Positions 26,713 through 34,236 of a DNA stretch of 35,616 nt are shown one piece after another. Position 1 is the first letter of the stretch. Each line of letters opens with the position of its first letter. The notes under the pieces are model-generated. The model was given only the letters and a program-made list of their open reading frames with translations. It did not search any database and was not told where the DNA came from. A program made the position numbers and the translations under genes. The stretch is from Candidatus Thorarchaeota archaeon (GTDB lineage Archaea; Asgardarchaeota; Hermodarchaeia; Hermodarchaeales; Hermodarchaeaceae): contig JBHLSA010000001.1 of the NCBI GenBank assembly GCA_048882025.1, positions 15,520 through 51,135 of the forward strand, written 5' to 3'.

Positions 26713-27669
26713 ATGGAGGCACGTAAGTTACAACGGGTAGGCGCATCCTTTCTCCTCTCTGTACCAAAAAACTGGGTCGAATCACAGGGTCTAAAGAAAG
26801 GATCAATGATCTTAGTACATGAACGCGTAGATGGCATGTTAATTATTGATCCGGGATTATCTGAAGAACCACCACGGATTCGAAACGTGATTTCAGATCC
26901 AGCAAACCTAGCACGAAACATACTTGCCGGATATTTAGCGGGAAATGATGTCATTGAAGTAAATTTAGGAAAAACGATTACGCCAGCATTGAAAACAGAA
27001 GTAAAGCGGATGGCTCAATTTCTTGTTGGCGTGGAAATCATGGAAGAGGATGCTGCTACTATGACACTTCAATGCCTCATTCCTCGAAGCATCGATCTAA
27101 GAACTTATCTTCGCCGTACATATGGAATTGCTGAAAAAATGCATGAAGACGCGGTTCATGCCTTCATTCGAAATGATAAAGAACTTGCTCAAGATGTTAT
27201 CAATCGAGATCGCGAAGTAGACCGATTGTACTTTCTCGTTGTTAGACAGCTTCGAAAGGCTATCGCTTCACCAACTGGTGATTTACTTCTTTCACCACTT
27301 AATCTACTGGATTATCGATTAGTAGCAAAGGAAGTTGAAGCCATTGCTGATGGCTGTGCCAGTATCGCTGAACAAGTTATTACTGAAGGCTATATGGTTC
27401 CACCACGTTCTTTTTCACGGGTTTTGTCTGAACTCAGCCAGAAAGTACTCCGAGCTCATCGAGAAGCCATTACCGCGGTATTACAACAGGATAATACACG
27501 AGCTCGTAATGTGATTGAACGTCAATCTGATATTTCTAAATTAGTTATTGAAATCACTGAGGTATTAGCGAAACAGGATACTTCAGTATTACCTGTCTTT
27601 GATCGTGTCATACATAATCTTGAACGTATCTTCGAATCCAGTATTGATATTGCTGATCTTGTGATATGA
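26713..27669 (+). CDS. AbrB/SpoVT-domain plus PhoU-domain regulator (archaeal PhoU-like)
   Basis: The N-terminal KLQRVGASFLLSVPKNWV fits a SpoVT/AbrB fold. It is followed by two PhoU-like helical repeats (DREVDRLYF..., ...LERIFESSIDIADL). Confidence 0.7.
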   Translation: MEARKLQRVGASFLLSVPKNWVESQGLKKGSMILVHERVDGMLIIDPGLSEEPPRIRNVISDPANLARNILAGYLAGNDVIEVNLGKTITPALKTEVKRMAQFLVGVEIMEEDAATMTLQCLIPRSIDLRTYLRRTYGIAEKMHEDAVHAFIRNDKELAQDVINRDREVDRLYFLVVRQLRKAIASPTGDLLLSPLNLLDYRLVAKEVEAIADGCASIAEQVITEGYMVPPRSFSRVLSELSQKVLRAHREAITAVLQQDNTRARNVIERQSDISKLVIEITEVLAKQDTSVLPVFDRVIHNLERIFESSIDIADLVI

Positions 27670-27678
27670 TGAAAGAAA

Positions 27679-27775
27679 TGGCGCGGAGTAAGGGATTTGA
27701 ACCCTTGCGACCTGAAGGTCACTGGATTACCCGATTCAACTCGAGTCCAGCGCGTTACCGCTCCGCCAACTCCGC
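27679..27775 (-). tRNA. tRNA-Ser (anticodon CGA) with a 12-nt intron at 37/38 (27728..27739); CCA is encoded
   Basis: The cloverleaf was folded by hand. The acceptor is GCGGAGT/ACTCCGC, the anticodon stem is CTGGA/TCCAG, and the loop is CTCGAGA. It has a long variable arm (GACC..GGTC), T-arm AAGGG TTCAAAT CCCTT, and discriminator G. The intron forms a BHB with helix CUCG/CGGG. Confidence 0.85.
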
Positions 27776-27893
27776 AGGGGCATAAAACATCGATTCACTG
27801 CCCAATAAACATTCTTTCCTTCTTTTCAATAGTTATTCTACCCAAACATTTTACTTCTTCGAACAACCCCTCATCACATTCAGGTGATTCATT

Positions 27894-28742
27894 TTGCCCA
27901 TTTCCAAAGATGTTACATCCATTTCACGGAAATACAAAATCATTGGACGCCAGGAAATCCTTTTGCAATGCTTGGCTTCGGACAAAGCAAATAAACATCT
28001 TCTTATCGAAGGTCCGGTAGGGGTAGGGAAGACCACAGTTGCTTCTGCCATTGCCAATTACCTCGGGCGATCCTTCTTTCGAGTTGATGGTGATGAACGA
28101 TATACATCTTCAAAACTTGTTGGGTGGTTTGATCCACCAGTGGTGTTAAGAAACGGTTATACACGCGATACTTTCGTTCCAGGTCCCCTTGTCGAAACAA
28201 TGGAAACTGGTGGAGTCCTTTTCATTAATGAACTCAATCGTATGCCAGAAGCCACCCAAAACACACTTCTACCCGTCATGGATGAAGGGCGTTTACACAT
28301 ACCTAAACTTGGAATCATCAATGCTAAGAACGGCTTTCGTATAATAGCAACACAAAACCCTGAAGCAAGTGTTGGTGTTACACCCCTTGGGGAAGCTCTA
28401 CGTGATCGTTATGTTTGGCTTTATTTAGACTATCACTCAGAATCGGAAGAACAAGATATTGTTAGAATTAATACCGGGATCACCGATGAAGAAATCGTCA
28501 ACCTTGCAGTAGCCATCTCTCGTGCCACCCGTGATTTTCCAGATATAAAAAGGGGAGCTAGCGTCCGAGGCGCCATCGACATAGCTAGCCTCTATAAACA
28601 ACTTCCTGGTGATGGTAATCGGGTTTGGGAGCAAGCTGCAATTATGTCATTGGTTCCCAAAATCGAATTACAAGATACTACTCAAAGAACAGCAGTTGAA
28701 GTTATCAAACAACTCGTTAAATCAGTGTTAGCAAATTTTTGA
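27894..28742 (+). CDS. MoxR/CbbQ/NorQ-type AAA+ ATPase
   Basis: Contains Walker A EGPVGVGKTT, Walker B VLFINELNR plus ATQNTLLPVMDEG, and IIATQNP. The TTG start lies 6 nt after GGTGA. Confidence 0.75.
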   Translation: MPISKDVTSISRKYKIIGRQEILLQCLASDKANKHLLIEGPVGVGKTTVASAIANYLGRSFFRVDGDERYTSSKLVGWFDPPVVLRNGYTRDTFVPGPLVETMETGGVLFINELNRMPEATQNTLLPVMDEGRLHIPKLGIINAKNGFRIIATQNPEASVGVTPLGEALRDRYVWLYLDYHSESEEQDIVRINTGITDEEIVNLAVAISRATRDFPDIKRGASVRGAIDIASLYKQLPGDGNRVWEQAAIMSLVPKIELQDTTQRTAVEVIKQLVKSVLANF

Positions 28743-29812
28743 TCACTGAGGAGGTTTCTTCCTCCGATGACGTGCCCATAGTCCTTTCCGGAACACTTTC
28801 TGATGAAAAGCTCTTCGAATCCGAAATTCGGGCTAACGGCCGTGACTTTCAATACTACCTCCGCCTTGGCCGAACATTTGATTATCCTACCGCAAAGGAA
28901 ATGGCTAAACTCGCAATTGAATTTGGTAATATATCAGCCCTACAAGCCCTAGCTCAACTTCAACCCATTGCTACTAGCGAAGCCATCTCCACTCAAGACG
29001 GCGTCCATCTCATTGCTCGTTCTGCACGGGACGGAAACGTGGCTGCACCTCTTCTGTTTTTCCAACTTCGTCACCAAATCCGTGGAAGCTACCGACAAAC
29101 CTTCCGTGAACTTGCCAGAGCTACTATCATACATTCAGCCCTAAGAATCAGTGGTCGTGGTCTTAGGCCAGAAACCATCAAACAAGTCCCATTCAATCCT
29201 GGATTGGACGAATTCGATTTGGAAGCTACCTTAGAAGAGACCCTTCTTAAACCCAATTATGTAAACTATGCTGACATTATTGGTATTGAACGCGTTGCTC
29301 GGAAAAAAATCGGGACTATCATCCTTGATACCTCGGGGTCTATGGCAGGGCAAAAACTCCTCACTGCTGCTACAGCCGCCGCGGTCGCAGCTTATCATCT
29401 TCGGCACGATAAATACGCACTTGTTGCCTTCAACACTGTTGCTTCCACCATTAAAACCATGGAGCAAAACACAACTATTGATTCCATTGTGGATACAATC
29501 CTTGACACCGAACCTGCCGGCTACACCAACATCAGTGATGCCCTTAAGGTAGCTTACCTTCAATACCAAAAGGCGCATCACTACGAATCATGGGCAATTC
29601 TAATTACAGATGGCATTGCAAATCGTGGAGATCCTCCGGAACTCCACGCGAAGAAATATCATAACCTTCATGTACTCCAGACACCTGGCACACATCCACA
29701 GGGTAAAGAGACCTGTATTCAAATTGCAAAGCTTGGTCGTGGGCGTCACGTCAAAGTCAATTCTTATACAGAAGTACCCCGTGCCCTAATGCGGCTGCTA
29801 CGCCACACCTAA
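28739..29812 (+). CDS. von Willebrand factor A (vWA) domain protein, partner of the MoxR-type ATPase
   Basis: Contains the MIDAS motif ILDTSGSM and a downstream ITDG. The start TTG overlaps the ATPase stop (TTGA). Confidence 0.7.
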   Translation: MITEEVSSSDDVPIVLSGTLSDEKLFESEIRANGRDFQYYLRLGRTFDYPTAKEMAKLAIEFGNISALQALAQLQPIATSEAISTQDGVHLIARSARDGNVAAPLLFFQLRHQIRGSYRQTFRELARATIIHSALRISGRGLRPETIKQVPFNPGLDEFDLEATLEETLLKPNYVNYADIIGIERVARKKIGTIILDTSGSMAGQKLLTAATAAAVAAYHLRHDKYALVAFNTVASTIKTMEQNTTIDSIVDTILDTEPAGYTNISDALKVAYLQYQKAHHYESWAILITDGIANRGDPPELHAKKYHNLHVLQTPGTHPQGKETCIQIAKLGRGRHVKVNSYTEVPRALMRLLRHT

Positions 29813-30045
29813 TCCCCAATCATTCAATAATTCTTAAGCACTCCAAGGGAATGCACTCAACGGGCCGATTCCATCACCAGGTTCCGGATACATGACATTC
29901 ACCAACAGTTACACTAGATAAAGTCATTTAAACACCACAAAATTTCGCACTATAGTATCGAAACAAAATAAGTCACCGCTACTCAACTCTAAAAGGCACA
30001 AAGCTTAAATCAACCACACTAGTCCTTCTGTATCAGATGCCCCTT

Positions 30046-30137
30046 AGCGGGGTGGGGTAGCCAGGATATCCCGCGGGGCTCATAAACCCAATTGGGAAAC
30101 CCCGAGATCGGTCGTTCAAATCGACCCCCCGCTACCA
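30046..30137 (+). tRNA. Initiator tRNA-Met (anticodon CAT) with a 14-nt intron at 37/38 (30085..30098); CCA is encoded
   Basis: The acceptor AGCGGGG/CCCCGCT gives an A1:U72 pair. The anticodon stem CGGGG/CCCCG has three G:C pairs, and the T-arm is GGTCG TTCAAAT CGACC. These are archaeal initiator features. The intron forms a BHB with helix CUCA/UGGG. Confidence 0.85.
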
Positions 30138-30177
30138 CTTTCTTAAGAATTTGTATCTTACGCTGATTTTCAGATTG

Positions 30178-31383
30178 TTAGAAGAAGATGTTCATACACG
30201 CAATTCCTCTTGCGACGGGATTACTGAGGGGATGAGGCAGATTTTCAATAACATGAATGGTCAGATCGTGTACGAAGAAGCGCCCTTTTTTCGTGACTTC
30301 TTCGTCTTTGATATAACCTGTGAGCTTGAGAAGGTTTGCAACTAATCTAAGGCGCCGTGGGAGAGATTTTAGAAAGGATTCTTCGAGTTTCAAATCGTAG
30401 AGGTGGTGGGCAAACTCGCGCCAAGCATCGAATGTTTCACTGAATTCGATTCGATAGCCAAAGGTTTCTCTTTTACTCAAATGTTCAAGGTATTCATCAA
30501 GGAATGGATTAACCACTTGCACGTTGTTAATTTTACTAAAGGCCGAAGGACCAAAGCCAAAGTATTCAGCAGGGTGTTCAGTTAGGGATTTTTTAGCGAG
30601 TTCGGGTGTAGAAAATACCCACACATTTTCTCGTTCATATCCCATCCCGGTTAAAATATCATCTGCGGTTTCAATCATTTCAAAAATGTCATGAGGAGTA
30701 ACATTAGGCTTGGCACGGGCTCCGGGGGCTTTTGTAAAGGGATAAGTGGTTATTTGGTCAAGACCAAGATTCGCTAAACGTGTAACGTCAAATAAAAAAT
30801 CACCGCGGTGTTGATGGGGTAAGCCCACCATAAGGTCTGCATTAACAACAATTCCGAGATCATGTGCCTTTTCTATAATTGCGCGAATCAATGGCACATC
30901 GGTTCGGTCGCGTTGAACATTTTCGAGAACTTTCTTGGTTAGAGACTCAACACCCATACTTATCTTCGTCACATCTAATTGGTGGAGTGCCTCAAGATAG
31001 TTTTCAGTAAAGTAGGGGGGTTTGCCCTCTAGGGCTATGTCTTCAAGGTGTACATAGTCCTTTAATTTCGATAGAATTTGACTTATTTCTTCTTCTCTAA
31101 GAAGATTGGGGGTTCCACCACCAAAATAGACCCATTCCACCTTTCCTTCTAATTCTCGAAGCTCAATCTCCCGCAGTAAGGCTTTGACATAAGCGTCCTT
31201 TAAGGTCGGTTCAAAGAGAACACGATGAAATGGGCAAAAAGCACAAAGGCGTTCACAAAAGGGCACATGTAAATAAATGCCTACGTGAGAGGTAATGACT
31301 TCTTTCCAGTCGATGGCACAATAATCATAATTTAGCTTGGAAAAACTCGACGCCACCATCTTTTTCGCAATTTTGGTTATCAT
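30178..31383 (-). CDS. HemN/HemW-like radical SAM protein (oxygen-independent coproporphyrinogen-III-oxidase family)
   Basis: YLHVPFCERLCAFCPF carries the CxxxCxxC motif, followed by GGGTPN. The ATG at 31383 was preferred over the TTG at 31470. Confidence 0.7.
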   Translation of the reverse strand: MITKIAKKMVASSFSKLNYDYCAIDWKEVITSHVGIYLHVPFCERLCAFCPFHRVLFEPTLKDAYVKALLREIELRELEGKVEWVYFGGGTPNLLREEEISQILSKLKDYVHLEDIALEGKPPYFTENYLEALHQLDVTKISMGVESLTKKVLENVQRDRTDVPLIRAIIEKAHDLGIVVNADLMVGLPHQHRGDFLFDVTRLANLGLDQITTYPFTKAPGARAKPNVTPHDIFEMIETADDILTGMGYERENVWVFSTPELAKKSLTEHPAEYFGFGPSAFSKINNVQVVNPFLDEYLEHLSKRETFGYRIEFSETFDAWREFAHHLYDLKLEESFLKSLPRRLRLVANLLKLTGYIKDEEVTKKGRFFVHDLTIHVIENLPHPLSNPVARGIACMNIFF

Positions 31384-31486
31384 TGTAATACTCTCGATTT
31401 TGTTAATTTGAACCGAAAAATATGAGCAAACCTCTTTGAAATGAAGAGGAAAAGCCAAAATTTTGGTCAATTAATGTAGTGGGAGA

Positions 31487-31963
31487 TTACCCGCCAGGCC
31501 CACCATGCCAAGGAACATCTTTCCAGGTTAGATCCCAAAGGTCTTCTTCAGTGAGGGTTTCTTTTTCTATAACGAGTTCGTATAGTTGTGTTAGAAGTTT
31601 GTGGTGGCGTTTTTCGTCACCGAGAATATACTTGAGGACTTCCTTAGATCCAGGATCATCAGTCTTGGGGATGAGCTGTTTATAGGTGTCAATGGCTTCG
31701 GCTTCCAATTCGATGTGGGCTTGAATATCTTTGCTTAATTCATCTCGTTTTGTTTCTTCAATGAATGGAGTTTTTGATTCAAGCCGCGCTAGGATAGCGT
31801 TGAGCATGAGAGCGTGTTTATTGGAGTCGATAGCGATTGCTTGGATGAGGTTTTTGACAAGTTGGTTTTTTGTATCTGTAACACTCTTCTTCGCAATTCG
31901 AACAATTTTCTCCTCAAGCGCGATTTGGTTTTTAAGAAACGCTTTGAGTTGATCCGTATCCAT
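31487..31963 (-). CDS. Ferritin-like (four-helix-bundle, possibly di-iron) protein
   Basis: 158 aa, helical, with spaced E/H pairs (LEEK, DSNKH, ELEAEAI, DEKRHH). The function is unknown. Confidence 0.4.
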   Translation of the reverse strand: MDTDQLKAFLKNQIALEEKIVRIAKKSVTDTKNQLVKNLIQAIAIDSNKHALMLNAILARLESKTPFIEETKRDELSKDIQAHIELEAEAIDTYKQLIPKTDDPGSKEVLKYILGDEKRHHKLLTQLYELVIEKETLTEEDLWDLTWKDVPWHGGPGG

Positions 31964-32200
31964 GGGTAGGTCACCAAAGTCCTCTTCACATGTGCTTCCT
32001 TTTTTGTGTTGTTATTTTCCCAGAGGAGGTCAAAGCTTCAATTACACTTACATAGAAAAGACCAATGAGTAATCTTGGTTCCACGACTCAATATCACCTA
32101 AGGATCCCAAATCTCTCCAGACAACCTCCGAATACTATTAAGACTGCAAAACCCATGTTAATCAAGTTCTTGGGAGAAACATCAACAGGAACTTCCGCTC

Positions 32201-33934
32201 ATGACCCCCCCACAACCAACAAATCAAGCAGAAGCCATCAACATTCAGCAAGAGGAAGCCATCAAGCAGTTTTTGTCAATTTCAAATACAATCACATCCA
32301 TTCTAGCATCTTCTCCGCTCGATCATTATGAAACCATAAAATTCGTACCAACCATGCTTGAACTCTCTGGCCCAAGATTTGGTGCCGCTGAATACCGAAA
32401 CACCAACAATCAGTTAGTTCTTAACCTCTCGCAAGACTTGTTAACAGAATACCAAAAGTATCTCAAACCGATTCTCTGGCGAGAAGCCTATCTACTACAT
32501 CTTCCTAATTGCATTAGACATGTTTCCCAAGCTGCCGACCTTGGTTTATATTGTTACTATCTATACGGGCTCAAAACGAAACAACAACGGCGTGGCTTCC
32601 TCCAACTCTGGGAAGCTGTTTCTCCTCCAATCGAATATCCCACATATCGATATTATCCCACTGCAGGATTTCCTTTCTTCGACAAAGTAGTCGATGGATC
32701 CTTTCTTCGAAAAGCCACACAATGGTTCAAACCTTTCGTTGATTTATCATCAACAATGACGACCGATGCTTATACTGCGAATATGGAACGTTGGATGGTT
32801 AATTATCAACGAATTTTACGTCCTATAGAGCTCAAAGTTCTTCGTGGTTTAAACGATTGCTTAACCTGCTCCCAGATTGAATTAGCTGATAAACTCAAGC
32901 TCCGTCAACCAACAATAAGTCAGGTAATCAAACGGTTAGCAGAAAAACACCTATTACGCTACATTATCTTTGAAAACTATCCAATTCTGGGCCTTCAACC
33001 AATTACCGCGAAATTCACTGTACATAATATGAATACCATCTCTTCCCTAGAACAACTAATAGCAAAAATTCGGTATGCTCTTAGTATTCAAGAGTTTGAT
33101 AACCTGCTATTAGCTGCATTCATAATACCAACAGAGCGAATGACGAGATTTCAACAATGGATGAAACAAGTAGCCTCCAGTTTGAATCTCCCAGTTCCTG
33201 AACTGCATTTTATTTCAGAAAGATTGCATGCTCAAAACTTTGATCTATATAATCCCAAAAAAGGTGGATGGGTAAAGGAATACGAATCTATAAATGAAAA
33301 TTTTTCAAGATTAATTGACGAGAAATGGGCTACACATTTGCCATCAGTTAAATTTTACAAGCGTACTTCACCTAACTTGGAAAAGCCCATTCAACTCCAA
33401 CATCAAGACTTCATATACATGCAAAGAGCTTTTGATACCTATTTATCAACTAGTCAAGTGAAATTTTATGAATCTCACGAACTAAGGCAAGCGGGATATA
33501 AAGAATCCGAACACATGGCCTATCGACGACGAGTAAAATATTTAGAAAAGCACAAAGTAATCAGTCCCCCTCTTGGAATTGGTCTAATCCATATGGGACT
33601 CAATGCATCCATTTACTTATACTTAGAATCGCAAATTGAGGAAACACGTCGGATAATCACAGCATGTCAAGTATTTCCACATGTTGCTGCAAGAATATTT
33701 GATGATGGATCAGGCACGGCAACAATCAGAATTCCAAGCTCATCTGCAATTTCGGTAAAAACTGCGATTAGCGAATACTTCACCGCTAAAAACGTTCCCG
33801 TAAGAATTTCAGTTCATCCTTCATGGAAGGCATTCGGATGGACTGGTCCAAATACTGTAAATCCCATAAATTACGATTTTAACAAAGGTAAATGGAAATG
33901 GACAAAAGACACTCTTCCATTACCAAAAATCTAA
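32201..33934 (+). CDS. Large multi-HTH protein with tandem Lrp/AsnC-like modules, paralog 2 of 3
   Basis: The HTH is SQIELADKLKLRQPTISQVIKRLAEKHLL, followed by GLQPITAKFTV. It is collinear with the protein starting at 34237 (ILWREAYLLHLP..ADLGLYCYY vs VLWREALLSFLLP..ADLGLYAGI; HMAYRRRVKYL vs HMKYRRRVKRL). Confidence 0.6.
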   Translation: MTPPQPTNQAEAINIQQEEAIKQFLSISNTITSILASSPLDHYETIKFVPTMLELSGPRFGAAEYRNTNNQLVLNLSQDLLTEYQKYLKPILWREAYLLHLPNCIRHVSQAADLGLYCYYLYGLKTKQQRRGFLQLWEAVSPPIEYPTYRYYPTAGFPFFDKVVDGSFLRKATQWFKPFVDLSSTMTTDAYTANMERWMVNYQRILRPIELKVLRGLNDCLTCSQIELADKLKLRQPTISQVIKRLAEKHLLRYIIFENYPILGLQPITAKFTVHNMNTISSLEQLIAKIRYALSIQEFDNLLLAAFIIPTERMTRFQQWMKQVASSLNLPVPELHFISERLHAQNFDLYNPKKGGWVKEYESINENFSRLIDEKWATHLPSVKFYKRTSPNLEKPIQLQHQDFIYMQRAFDTYLSTSQVKFYESHELRQAGYKESEHMAYRRRVKYLEKHKVISPPLGIGLIHMGLNASIYLYLESQIEETRRIITACQVFPHVAARIFDDGSGTATIRIPSSSAISVKTAISEYFTAKNVPVRISVHPSWKAFGWTGPNTVNPINYDFNKGKWKWTKDTLPLPKI

Positions 33935-34131
33935 CACTGCTCTCTGAAATAATGTTTTAATCAAAACGTTCTACAAAAAAGTCTAAAAAAACATGATATT
34001 CCTTTCATTTTTTTGCAAATAATTTTCGGTCTTTAAAGGGGAAGTTCCTTGAGCAAAATTTAGAAAACATCAGGAGGCTCTCAAAAGATGTATCCCCCAC
34101 GCCGTCCAGAACCAGCTTTTTAATTAATCAC

Positions 34132-34151
34132 AGAACCCAAAAAAGGGTTCT
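34132..34151 (+). terminator. 7-bp hairpin (AGAACCC-AAAAAA-GGGTTCT) followed by a T-rich tract
   Basis: Read directly from the sequence. It is followed by TTCTTTATTTTTT. Confidence 0.3.
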
Positions 34152-34236
34152 TTCTTTATTTTTTGAAGAGAAATCGGAAGGTAAAATTAGCTTAACAGCC
34201 TTGTATATCCACCACGTAAATGGATGACTGGGTTTT

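Noticed and set aside
27666-27714. A possible C/D-box sRNA, with ATGATGA at 27666-27672 and CTGA at 27711-27714
   Set aside because: It would lie antisense across the 3' half of tRNA-Ser. It has no recognisable D'/C' boxes or terminal stem, so it is most likely coincidental.
27697-28057. ORFs 27697..28020 (+) and 27851..28057 (-)
   Set aside because: The first overlaps the tRNA-Ser gene and the start of the MoxR-type ATPase. The second is antisense to the ATPase Walker A region. Neither has motif support.
27679-30137. An integrated mobile element between or next to the two tRNA genes
   Set aside because: No integrase or recombinase gene was found. No direct repeat of either tRNA 3' end was seen, and there is no obvious compositional break.
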